The notes beneath the pieces were generated by a model. It made no database searches. It saw only the letters and a program-made list of their open reading frames with translations, and was not told the DNA's origin. Below, piece after piece: positions 25,054-39,202 of a stretch of 64,000 bases of DNA (position 1 is its first letter; every line of letters starts with the position of its first letter). The translations under genes and the position numbers were made by a program. Origin of the DNA: Octopus vulgaris (taxonomy: Eukaryota); contig OX597817.1 in NCBI GenBank assembly GCA_951406725.2, forward strand, positions 44,082,001 through 44,146,000. Direction: 5' to 3'.

Positions 25054-25764
25054 TATGTAAGCGACGTTCATTAGAAGATATTTTGGGCGACGGTGGCATT
25101 TTAAGTAATCTCCCTAATTCCATAGCAGGACAGCCTGTTATACTTTTATTTGCAATGTATTCTATCACGGAGCACAGTATGATGAATGATAATCAACTAA
25201 CATATCTTATATTGCCTGACTGATCACATGTATACTTTGAGCGAAACTCCAAGTTACACTCAAGTGAATCATCCTCTGATTTTCAACACGTATGTGTGTG
25301 TATGTATGTGTGTGTTTCTAATGTGTGCGTATGTTTTTCTTTATGTGTTTGTGTGAGTGTGCGTGGTTCTTTATTTGGCTTGAATCCTTATGCGTATTTG
25401 TTTTAATAATTTTTGATTTTGGTATTGTATATGTTTAGACGTCGTAACGTTGCTTAAGGAAGTTAGCTATCCAGCCTGATGTACAAAATCTTAAAGTAGT
25501 GCTTTATGTTTCTGGTTTCCTTAAGTAAGTGGTGGGGATCCGTTTATGACGAGACTGTTATAATGTCGAGTTTCCGCTTAATTATCAGCTGATGGGTGAT
25601 CTGGTAGTTGACATTGTCTTCCTGTTGTCGGATTTATGTGAAGGCTTAAAATGGTATTTTTTTTTTTACTCTGAATTAACTTAAAAAATTAAATGAAAGT
25701 ATACCTAATAGGCACATCTATCCATCCATCCATCCGTCCGTCCGTCCGTCCGTCCGTCCGTCCG

Positions 25765-25828
<64 letters not shown>

Positions 25829-25833
25829 CCTAC

Positions 25834-25907
<74 letters not shown>

Positions 25908-26904
25908 GCCTGCACACATATTATATATTCATATATGCACACACATAAGTTTATTGTGGTTTCTCGTCGATTTCGACGTATACATATAAACATCCATCCT
26001 TCCATCCATCTCTCCGTCTGCCCGTCCGTCCGTCCGATCATAGATACATACTCCACACACATACTCACTCAAAGACTTATATAAATAGGTAATTATATAC
26101 AAATGTAAATGCATACATGAAAAAAATGCATATATACTGTTTCTGACGTGATATAATAAATAATCAAATTTTGTAGTAGATACGTAGCAAGTTTTCTAAA
26201 TATTGTTATAGAATCATGGAATTTTCATGGAAAGAAAATGTAAATCTGTGTCATTCATATAATTTCCAAAGTATTTCACGTTTGAAATGAAATAAAATGG
26301 ATGAAGTGTGACCTAGAAATAAAGTTACGGATACAGGTCAATGTGAACAGATCTCTTTTCTACGGCGATCAGTTGAATAAAGTGCAATACTGGTTGTTCT
26401 CGTTATATAGCTCCAGGCCAGCCCTGTGAAAACATCCCAATTACCCAAGGTATTTCAGCTGTGATCAACCACCCAAATTTTCTTTCATCCAGTCTGTCCT
26501 TCCCTTTTTATGAGTATTGTGTGTGATTTGAGGGCGCTTTGGCTGATATGTATCGCAGTCGAAGTGACTTCGTAGAGACTACCAAACTGACTTAAGATTA
26601 TAATTGTAGTAAATGCCATAGTAATAACTGCATCAGTATTACATCATAGTTTTCATGTAAATAATAATAGAGAGGTTGATATTTGCTTTCATTAGTTATG
26701 AGGTACCAACTGTTAAACGTCCATATTTTTACGTAAGGTATTAATCCTGCAACGCAAAGCGTCCCAATTTGGTATCAAATCTGTTTTGGCATAGTTTCTA
26801 CTGCTTAACTGCTAGTCCTTTACAGACTTTTCAAGGCACTTTTCTTGTAGATCCAGCTCTATTGAGGTCACCTTGCGAGTTAAGACCCTGGTTTGTCTTT
26901 CCGT

Positions 26905-27225
26905 AGGTTACAAGTGTTCTACTTGATTCGATCAACGGGACAGCCTGATCGTGAAATTAACGTGCAAGTGACTGAGCAATCCACAGACACGCATACTTTC
27001 AACACAGTTCTCAAGGAGACTCAATGTAGCACACTGAATGTGACAAGACTGGCTCATTGAACTTCAGGTATTCATTTTTTCAGCTGAGGTACAACTCATT
27101 TTTGGCAGCTGAGTGAACTGGAGCAACGTGAAATAAAGTGTCTTGCTCAAGGATACAACGCACCGTAGGTAATCGAACTTACGATCGCAAGATCATGAGC
27201 CGAATATCCTAGCCACTAAACCATC
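26905..27225 (-). mobile_element. SINE family D (tRNA head + CORE-like TGTATCCTTGAGCAAGACAC), tail type Y
   Basis: A box TGGTTTAGTGG, B box AGTTCGATTACC; related copies at 27264-27343 and about 52290-52420. Confidence 0.8.
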
Positions 27226-27263
27226 ACAACTGGAGTGCCTTGGATCATGGATATGTTTGTGAA

Positions 27264-27343
27264 GGCGCGTAGCTTAGTGGGTAGGGTATTCGGCTTATGA
27301 TCGTAAGGTTGTGAGTTCGATTACCGGCGGCGCATTGTGTCCT
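27264..27343 (+). mobile_element. SINE family D, head only
   Basis: GGCGCGTAGCTTAGTGGGTAGGG..GAGTTCGATTACC..TGTGTCCT. Confidence 0.78.
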
Positions 27344-30027
27344 CGAAGGGTAATTTATAACTACAGGAGAAGAGAAGAGTGAATGTGATGATTTCAGGCA
27401 AGATTTGGTTTGATTGCTGAATTGATAAACCGTGACCTTACCACTCCTATGTGAACTAGAATTCCTAACATAGGTGTTTTGTCTTTGGGGAACAAACACC
27501 AAAGATTTTTAGTGCAGAAAACTAGAAGTTACTATGGTTATAAATATCTTTTCTGAAGAAGATGAGCAACGTATGCAAGACTGGTCTATCGACTCGTTTT
27601 GAGGGAATCTAACGCAGTTTATTGGTTATACACAAATTCAATTATGGCATGGCAAGATTTGTATACGTTTGAACTCAAACCAACGAGAGCAAAATTATAT
27701 ACAACAGTACAGTCTACTGTTTCAGCCATCTCCATTTAAAGAGAAAAAAAATAACGAAAATGATAGTGATGATGGCAATGATAACGACGATGAGGATAAT
27801 AATAATTTATCATAACAATAACCATTGAAATAAATTGTGGGAGAAGAATGGATTTCACAGTTTGATCTATCAAAACACTTTATAGAAGAGATAAACTTTA
27901 TATCTTGTGATTGCTATTGTCAGGAATCTTTTGATAACTACTGGGTTTGGAATGATTCGGAAGTAAAAAGTACTTATGCTTTGTTACTGTATAAGATGCC
28001 TAGATCTAGCTTAGAAATCATGATTTATTTTGAGAATTAAAATCGAAAAAAAAAAAAGAATAAAAAATATTCACTATTTAAAAGCCTTTCTTAATTTTCA
28101 TCCGAAGTATCGAAGCGTGGAAAATGACAATTTTTCAGTTATATTTTCTTCTTTAATGGAAGATTACAAATTTAAGAAGCCATTACATTTCTTCATTTCA
28201 TTCGTACAATTCAACACAATATTAGAAGAATATCATTCTAGCAGGTTCCAAAATCGATTCTCTTATATCTGTTGGCAATAACTAAACCAAAATTTTAAGC
28301 AATCGAATTGATGCTGACACTTTAGTTTTAGCCTGTCAGTTATAATCAAAGAATATACTGAAGCATAATGGTTGGAAAATCTTCCCCATTATCGAACGGA
28401 AAACATTAAAAAATATCAGTGAAATTTATCGCTGAATCGGTAAAGAATTACACCGTTATCTTAATACTTTACATAATGACCATGATAAGATAATCTCCGA
28501 AGTAAAATGACTCACCTCAATACACTTATCCTCCGCACACAGAAATATATAATCATACTTTCACATACACATACACCCGTATACGCTTATGGAAACATAA
28601 TCAATATAGACTTTCAATAAAATATTGAAACCGTTATTTCAAAATAAAAGTAATTATTCTTAATGAACTCTATTTCATATAATTTTCTTAAAACCAACGT
28701 TTTTGACCGGTTTCAATGTATAATTCATATGGGAATATAACTTGTTGTATCCATTAGTCTATTAGAATTGAAGTTAGTTTTAGAACAAGGCGACATTTGC
28801 AAAATAAACTATTGTTCCGTTTATTTAATTTTCTATTCCATGTGTTAGTAATTTAGAATCTTAAAAGTTTTCTCAACGCTATTTTATCGCATGGTAAATT
28901 ACATCAGCGAGAGCTACAGCACGAAAATCGGCACATTCTAAAGAAGATCTATGGTTCGTATCTCATTCACCAGCATTGATTTTTGTCCAAGACAGTTTCA
29001 GGTGATTCAGTTACCTGGCTATAAAGATGTTCCATACTGTATGTGCACTGTATAACTGCTGCTGATTTCGTTAGATCACAATGCCAAGTTCAAATCCTGC
29101 TATTTATGTAAGATTTGTAGATGAATGAGCACAGTCGGGTTAATCTGCGTTCAACACACTGCTAGCGATTGAAATTTTCACATGATGCTCCAGTGACAAT
29201 GAATTGCGAGAGAATTGCATCTCTTTAAATATCTGGTCGTTAAACAAATGACAATGGCGTGAGTTAATAACAATAAACCATACTTCAGTTTTGATAAAGT
29301 TTGCCAACTGCATCGATCTGTCTACCAGCAAAACAATGTACAGGCAGTTGAACGAATAAACACAGAGGGCACAACTCTCTCCTTTCCTTTCTCTCTTTTA
29401 TAAATTCTCACTTTTCCTTTCTCTTTCTTGTGTGTGCATATTTGTGTAGGTGGGAGTAGTACAAAGGAATGTATTGTGAATACAGATGAATAGGAAGAGC
29501 GTAGAGCACATATGCTTAAAATTAATACAACTTCTACTATTGCAATCTCAAAACGCAATTTTAACATATAAGGCAAAATTGTATATACATTGACACTGGA
29601 ATATCACAAATATTGTCACGATTCAGTACTGAATATATTGTATTTGACATATGAAGAGCAAATACTGAAATGTATAACAATTGCTTGTAATAGCGATCGC
29701 ACTGACTGCAGCAGGCGGTATTCAATGATATCTGGTAATGATGGGAAAGGAAAATAGTGGTTTTGGTGGCGGAGACTGTTAGGTTAGTGATGATATGAAA
29801 CAGACTATTAGAATGGGTTGATATGAAAATGGTGGTAAGCATAGTTGAAAAAGATGGATTACTTTTTTTCCAGTTTATTAATTCACTAATATCAGCGAAT
29901 GAATAAAGAGAGCAAACTATTATCCACGAAGCTTTTCACAGTATTTATTGACTTTCCATTTGCTACTGAGTGAGTAATAATGGCAAATTGTTGGCTTGGA
30001 AAAAAAAATAGGGTTGCAAAGCTGATT

Positions 30028-30041
30028 GTTGTCATGGTAAC
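30028..30041. promoter_or_regulatory. RFX X-box-like motif
   Basis: GTTGTC-AT-GGTAAC fits the X-box consensus; motif match only. Confidence 0.3.
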
Positions 30042-31134
30042 TGGTTTGCGACTGTATTTATTGATTACTCAGCCTGTGTGGATTTAAACGCCAAATTGTT
30101 GGATCTTGAGTAAAGTTTAATACGTCTCCTCTATTTTAGCACTGATATTTTTATTGGCAAAGTGCCTGTAACCAACTGGTTATGTTGGTTTGGTCGGTAT
30201 TTTGTAAAGTATTGAGGAACTAACGCTTGTCATATGATCGGAAGCAACTAATGTAATAGACAGCAGATCAGCTGTCTCTTTGATGCGTCCAGCTGAAAAC
30301 AATCGAGTAATTATAACTATTAATATCTTCCGAGCAACTTAAACCTGTGGCGTATATTATCAGTTAAGTAGGCAGGTTTGTATTCCTGAATGAATGATAG
30401 GTTCTTAATTAAGGAAACCGGAACAAATAGGAGAATAATCGATGGAAACTGGGAGGAAAGATTTTCAAAATAGTGTTAAGTGTTTTTCCAATTTGTTTTT
30501 GCTTTCAAGTTCGGATATAGATGAAAAAACAACAAAAAATAGGGTTGTTTTTCAAGTGTAATGACTCCTTTTTGGTTTATAACAATCAAATGCCTGTAGA
30601 AAGATTAAAAGTTTTGGGAAAGGAAACAGACAGTGGTACAAATAAAGCACAAAGAGTTGAAAAGAGAGGGTAGTAAAATATAGCAGTAAGTATAAAAAGA
30701 GTGGGGCAACAGTGTAGTTAATAAGCAGAAAAGAAGTTTTATAAAGAAAATGAGAAAAACAGAGTACTAAATGAGAAGAAATAAACAACAACAACAAAAA
30801 AAGGTGAAATGGATTGACGCCCTGTTTTTCGGGAGCAGTTATAATAAAACAAGGGTTCAAAATATCAGTAAATCTTATCGTTACATTACTTTATGAGCTT
30901 CACTATTCAGCCCAAGGATTTTAGTCCATATCTGTTCAAGACTCGCTTTATTCTGATCGAAAACTGAATGATTACTGGATATATTACAGAAATCATATTT
31001 CAGTATTAAAGTAGGAAAGGACAGGTTATTGGCCATCTTGGCTACAGTCGTATGACATCAAGCAGATCAAGGATAATAGATGAAATAGTAAACAAATCTT
31101 AGTCGATTTCGACGGTGAGGACACAGTTGTTTGA

Positions 31135-31445
31135 ACAAATGAATTACCTGTTCATTGAATTAATGTGTAAATATCTGAGTATTCCCCAGACACGTTTCCC
31201 TTAATGCAATTCTCAGCCGAAATTACCACGACACACTGTGCGACAAGTCAGCACCTTTGCATTACAGGTATAAACCATCCGATGAACTTCTATACAGTTT
31301 CCGTTTACCCAATCTCCCTTTCAAGGCTTGGGTTGACTCGAGGCAATGATAAAAGACACTTGCTCAAGTACCACGCATTGGGGTCGAACTCAGAACCTCA
31401 TGCTTGCAAAGCGAGCTTCTTAACCATGCGACCACACTGCGTCTA
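31135..31445 (-). mobile_element. Old SINE: family-B head/core joined to tail type Y
   Basis: 31275-31445 aligns to the family-B 5' half; 31135-31270 aligns to the Y tail of 26940-27070. Confidence 0.65.
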
Positions 31446-32582
31446 TAACAGCAGATAACACCTATTAGATAAAATATCGTTTCAAACGTAGGATTAATTA
31501 TCCATTGAATATTCATGTAGAAAACAAACATAATACTACGAATCGTTAACTACAGACTAGTTTTATTTCGAAACTCAACGTCTGACTCACTAGTTACTAT
31601 TGGTAAACTTGCATTGTCTTCGATTATCCAAAATACATCCGACTCACAGAGTAAAAAAAGAAAAAAATATCAAATGTGGAACAGGTAAGAATTGAAGCGC
31701 AACCGGCAAGGCTCTCTCTGATATTGTTTCAGGCAAGCATCAATTCCGACAGTCTTATTTGAGAACCAACTATAAACATGAGAGAATTTGACAGAATGTC
31801 ATAGAATGTTAATCCTGCATATTACAAAAGGCAAAAAAAAAAAAAAAGGAAATGAAATGAAAGGAAAACGACAAGAAAAACAACTATAATACCGTTCACT
31901 TAAAGAGCTCATTAGTGTTGTTTTTTGTTCTCTTTCTCAATAAACCGAGCCCTATTAGCATTCTTAATGAAGTATTAAAATCTGTAATTAGGTATTGTTT
32001 TCCAGAATCTAGTTTTGCAGAGATGCAGGAGTTAACGATCATTAGCTACAACACTATTTAAAAGGTTCAAAATCTGAACGGAAACAAATAAACAAATAAA
32101 TGAATGAATTTGCAAACAAACAAATGAACAACTAAATAAATGAATGTACAAATAAATATATAATGATGTCTGATTATTTTGAAATAAGGTAAGATAATTC
32201 GCTCTTACAAAACGAGACGAAAGATTTTTAACAGTTTTTAACAGCTGCTATTGTTGCTTAACTAAAGCTCAGCTCCGGTCGTGCAGACTTGAGACTTAAA
32301 ATCAAAACTTTTCAATGGCGACCAACCCACCCTATTATGTTCGGTCGTAGTGTCTCTAGATCAAGGATCTCCAGCGTGTTATTCCCTTTTTACTTTATAG
32401 TCGTCGAGACGGTCAGATACGATACCTTGCAGTATTTGTTCGGCTCTCTGCGTTGTGAACTCACCAAGGTCATCTTTGTCTTTCATCCTTCCGAGATCTA
32501 TAAATGAATATAGAATTCCGTTCGATTTCTCTCTCTCTCTCTCTCTGTGTCTGTCTGTCTGTCTCTCGCACGCACGCACACA

Positions 32583-32638
<56 letters not shown>

Positions 32639-33186
32639 ATGGGCTTTCAAAGAGTTTCTGGCTACCAAATTCCCTCACAAGACATTGGTCAGCCCACTTG
32701 ACTGACCCCTATACTGTGTGCTCGCAAAGTAACTTTCTTCACCGCACAGCCATGCCTGCGTCTGTATATTTAAGAAGTAAATGTAACAAAGAAACCTGAA
32801 TGATAACAAAAACTCCCCAAATATTGTGTTTCAGAACCTTTAATGGGGTAAAATACTAGAAAAATTAGTGATTGATACCACATGAGACGACAATAATTAC
32901 TACTTACAAGATATATCACTACATAAATGTCCATAACAAAAACGCTATACGAACGTGATATAAAGCAAGCGTAATATCGACCACGAAATTATGTTAGCTA
33001 TTAATATCGATCAAAATATTAATAGCTAACAGATTCATTATACTTGAGATTTTTTTAAAAAACCGATTACAACATCACTAGTTACATCGCCACCAAAAAA
33101 CTGCTACCAACAATAGCAACAACTAGTGTTGCGGTGCTAATACTACTTATAACATTGTAAGAACAATTTAACAGTAGTAACCATGT

Positions 33187-33958
<772 letters not shown>

Positions 33959-34456
33959 GGCACTACTCCCACCGTCACCCTAAACCACCACCAAAGACCA
34001 AGCGGCATAAACGACGATAGGCAAGGTAAGTCAGGAGAAGCGACGTGAAAAGAGAAGGAAAGAAGAGATATTTACAGATGCTCTCAGATTTGCGATTTCA
34101 CTTGTTTGTTGAATGGTTCAGAGAGTAGATGAGCATGGAAGAGCTGTCGAAGAAGGATGGATGGATGGTAAGGTGGCGGGCGGCGGGGGGGGAAGTATGC
34201 ATAGGGAATAAAGAAAGATTAATGGAAATAAATAACAATATACAAAGGTAAAAATAAAAAAAAAGACGGAAAGTACGAAAGAAAAAAAAAAGAAAAATGA
34301 AAAAGGAAATGAAGAAGATGAAAGAAGAAAATAAATACGAAGAAATGCAACACGCTGAAAAAAGTTGAGAGAGAGAGAGAGATCAGTTTAATTTCCCTTC
34401 AAACCGGGACTGGCAACAGCGTTGGGGAAACGATCCTACTGTAACAGAATTAATCA

Positions 34457-34533
34457 ATAATAATAATAATAATAATGATAATAATAATAAAAATAATAAA
34501 TAATGATAATAATAATAAAAATAATAAATAATG

Positions 34534-34567
<34 letters not shown>

Positions 34568-34719
34568 TAATAATAATAATGATGATGATAATAATAATAA
34601 TGATAATAATAATGATAATAATAATAATAATAATAATAATGATGATGATGATAATAATAATGATAATAATAATGATAATAATAATAATAATAATGATGAT
34701 GATGATAATAATAATAATA

Positions 34720-34773
<54 letters not shown>

Positions 34774-34839
34774 GTAATAATAATGATAATAATAATAATG
34801 ATAATAATAATAATAATGATGATAATAATAATAATAATG

Positions 34840-34897
<58 letters not shown>

Positions 34898-34915
34898 TAA
34901 TAATAATAATAATGA
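34457..34915. repeat. (AAT/GAT)n tract, about 460 bp
   Basis: Direct tandem repeat. Confidence 0.96.
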
Positions 34916-36074
34916 TTGTTTTATCATTTATTTAGTTATTTATTTACTTAATAATTACATAGGTAAGCGAATATAAAAATGAAATATAAAAAGAAAGCTG
35001 CATGTAAAGAAGAAATACGAGGAATATTCCGTTTTCTTTTTAGAGAGATGCTATGTACGAATATAAGAGAGAGTGCTGTGTGAGAGAATTGAAGAGAGAG
35101 AGAGAGATAAATACGTAGATAGATAGATAGATAGATAGATAGAGAGAGAGTGAGAGATAGATAGATAGGTAGATAGATGATAGGTAGAGAGAGAGAGGAG
35201 TAAGAGCGTGTGAGAAGAGAAGTAGAAAATAGTGAAAACAAGAAAGATGATAAAAAAGAGATGAATGATTTTCAGGAATCAATTATGAAGTTTTTTTTCT
35301 TTTTACCTTTGCGTATAAGGTTATAATTTTCTTGGAATAGAAGCTTGTAAAGCACGGAAAAAAAAAATTAAAATATAGAAAAAAAAAAGAGAGACAAAGC
35401 GTGGAAGGGAGAGGAATACAGAGAGGTATAGTGAAAGATTGGAGGGAGGGAGTAGGGATGAAAAGAGAATAGATGTTGATAAACACAAAATAAGAGGTTT
35501 TGAAATGGAAAAAAATATCGAGTTGCGTAAAAACGTTTTCTATTCCTAATCGCACTACATGAAGACTTTAATGAAACACCTGACATCGTTGTAATATTGA
35601 ATAGAATCTTGCTTCTGAAGGATTTTGTGCGCTCATCATGCTATATTTTAGATTTAGACTTAATTATTCTACCAAAATCTACACACACATCACAGACATA
35701 AATATATTTACACACACATACTTACACTTATACGAACACTATATGCATCATTTCGCAGACAAAAAAAAGCATGTTATATACACCACACTGTATAACCGCA
35801 CATTTTATAGAACTACACAAATATATAGACGCATCTAAACATACACCACAAACGTAAATAATATGCACACAGACATGTTTACATATATCTTTTATCTCTA
35901 TCTTTTACTTGTTGCAGTCATTAGACTACGGTCTTCCTGGGGCACTGCCTTGAAAAGATTTTAGTCTAGCTTTTGGTTTATCTTCCTCTCTTGCCGAACT
36001 GCTAAGTTACGGAGATTTAAACAAACAGCACCACTTGTCAAACGGTGGCGGGAGACAAACACACAGACAGACAC

Positions 36075-36193
<119 letters not shown>

Positions 36194-36528
36194 CATATCA
36201 CTGACATGCCATCAAAGCTATCGAAGTATTAGAAACTAATTTTGAAATACAAAACGAGACTTTAAACCCAAAATTTTGGGTTAAACTTGAAAATTTGAGA
36301 ACCTATTTTAGTATACTGGAATAAACACTTTATCTTCAGCAGAAATACATATAAACACATCTACTGAATGCCTTTCAAAATGTAAATTAGATTATCTCTA
36401 TAAGAATTGTCTAAGTTTATAAAATGTTTAATTTTGTGCAATTTATTTGCCTCGTTGACGATTCACAAAAATGATGAAATACGTGGCTACCAACAACTTA
36501 AAAAATCTTAATAAACTTTATAATGTAT

Positions 36529-36687
36529 ACTCTTTTCCTTGTTTCAGTCATTTATTCTTTGTAAGCCTAGTACTTATTCTATCGGTCTCTTTTGCCGAAC
36601 CGCTAAGTTACGAGGAGGTAAACACACCAGCATTGGTTGTCAAGCGACGTTGGGGAGACAAACACAGACACACAAACACACACACAC

Positions 36688-36720
<33 letters not shown>

Positions 36721-36892
36721 CATATATACGACGGGCTTCTTTCAGTTTCCTCCTACCAAATCCACTCACAAGGCTTTGGTCGGCACGCGGCTATAGTAGA
36801 AGACACTTGCCCAAGGTGCCACGCAGTGGGACTGAACCCGGAACCATGTGGTTGGTAAGAAAGCTACTTACCACACAGCCACTCCTGCGCCT
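36529..36892 (-). mobile_element. SINE family B, with a deletion in the 3' region
   Basis: Head AGGCGCAGGAGTGGCTGTGTGG; near-identical to 40709-41120. Confidence 0.88.
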
Positions 36893-37191
36893 ATAGGAAA
36901 AACTAATACTAAATGTGTATATTCTCTGCACTTCATGCTTTACTCTTTGATTTCAAACTTCCAAACCCAACTCATCTTAATCTAGAAGGTATTGTCTTTC
37001 CTATTGTAGCTGACCATCAGTGGTATACCATGCATATATCCTGTTACTTTTCTTAAATAAATCTTCGTTTTTGAAATAGTTTTTCTTTTGTTTATGTGAG
37101 ATTTTATATTAGTTTGTATATGTCTGAGTGAAAGCTCCAACTCTTTGAGGAAGCTGCATCTTTGTCTGCGCACGTATGCATACATATATGT

Positions 37192-37260
<69 letters not shown>

Positions 37261-38004
37261 ATTACATTGTAAAAGTAGTGTTTTTTTTCTGAGTACAAAC
37301 TGAAATGGAAACCTATTTTTGAAAGACACCAACCAGAAATAACTGGTTTAACTTACAAACGGAGACGATTGAATAAACTTGAGAAGTTTAAATTCAGTTT
37401 TGTGTCTGCATTCAATTGAAACTCTTTGTTTTTGTAATTCAATATTTTCTCACTCATTCCGTGTAGAAGTATATTATCTTAAGACTAAATACGTTGACTG
37501 TAAATTTCCTTCTCTGTCCTTCTCCACTTTTCTACCACCTTCATACGCATACACATTTCAAGAAATTATCGATCCGTTTTTTCTTCAAATACTACTTCTT
37601 TTCTTGTAGATGGTGATATATCTTAACAAATCATTGAATAATCTAAAAATATATATCTTCAATAGGAATGCCACTGTTATTTTTCAACTCCGCTTTAAAG
37701 ATGAATGAAGGGTGAATGAAAGTTGTCTAAATATAGAGAGAATTTCGACACCTTCACGAGAAAGATAATGTTGTTGTAATATTATTGTTTGAAACAGTTT
37801 AGAATGGAATCAATCATTCTGTGATGAAATAGCAATGCGCCAACTACGATTAAAATTTAGTCCAAGCCAAAAGCAATGGTCTTCTGGCAGAGTTTCTCTG
37901 AGAATATCACGAAACTAGTAGGTATGTGTGATATTCGTACAAACGTACGTACATACATACATACATACATACATACATACATACATACATACATACATAC
38001 ATAC

Positions 38005-38420
38005 CTATTTCTTTACTACCCACAAGGGGCTAAACATAGAGGGGACAAACAAGGACAGACAAACGGATTAAGTGGATTACATAGATCCTAGTGCGTAACT
38101 GGTACTGAATTAATCGACCCCGAAAGGATGAAAGGCAAAGTCGACCTCGGCGGAATTTGAACTCAGAACGTAGCAGTAGACAAAATACCTATTTCTTTAC
38201 TACCCACAAGGGGCTAAACACAGAGAGGACAAACAAGGATAGACAAACGGATTAAGTCGATTATTTCGACCCCAGTGCGTAACTGGTACTTATTTAATCG
38301 ACCCCGAAAGGATGAAAGGCAAAGTCGACCTCGGCGGAATTTGAACTCAGAACGTAGCGGAAGACGAAATACCACTAAGCATTTCGTCCGGCCTGCTAAC
38401 GTTTCTGCCAGCTCGCCGCC
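38005..38420 (-). mobile_element. SINE family A homodimer inserted in a (TACA)n microsatellite
   Basis: Two 184-bp units, 38189-38372 and 38005-38188. Confidence 0.92.
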
Positions 38421-38480
38421 TATACATACATACATGCATGCATATATACATACATACATACATACATACATACATACATA

Positions 38481-39202
38481 CAAATGGCGCCGTCATCATC
38501 AGACGCTTAGGCTCCAATACGAACATTTCAGAGTGTTTGGGTGTCAATTTGCGGACAGTGCAATCTGAGGACATGTACCGAGAGTGATAATAATCAAACA
38601 TCCAGTTAACATCATGGTATTTGGAGTGATCACTGGTGATGGTGACGTTATGTCTCCATTCATCTTCCCATAATTGCCTGAGACTCAACACAGAAGCTTA
38701 CATCAGCTGCTTGGAGGAGGTAGTGCTGCCCCGGGTCAAGACGGTAGCTGCTGGAAGGCCCTATGTCTGGCAACAGGACTCTGCACCATGCCACACATGA
38801 AAGAGAACTCAGTCGTGGCTGTCAGACAATTTTTGCGACCTCGTCAACCCTAACATTTAGCCACCTAACTCGCCAGACTGTAACCCCTTTGATTATCATG
38901 TGCAAGGCGCTGTTGAGCAAGAGACCAACAAAACTCCTTGTCACACCAAAGATGAACTGAAGGCAAGGATTATGGCAGCATTCACCAACTTAAAGAAAGA
39001 GACCGCCTGGAAGAGTTGCAGGAGATTCCGAAGTCGTCTGGAGGCTGTGGTTGAAGCTAATGGCGATTCGATTGAATAAATTTAGTCTTTAGTATTTCAA
39101 GATATTTTTATGTAATTTTGATAAATATATCTGTTAAAATGAAATGCCACTGTTATTGACATTTTTGCGTAATTTAAACGACAGTTCATTCACCGCACCC
39201 TG
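38481..39202 (+). mobile_element. Internally deleted maT (DD37D, Tc1/mariner superfamily) transposon with transposase pseudogene
   Basis: HTH remnant SNTNISECLGVNLRTVQ, then KHPVNIMVFGVITGDG..YVWQQDSAPCHT*KRTQSWL..I*PPNSPDCNPFDY..RFRSRLEAVVEANGDSIE* (stop at 39079). There are 37 codons between the last two Asp. Right end CACCCTG|TA. Confidence 0.88.
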
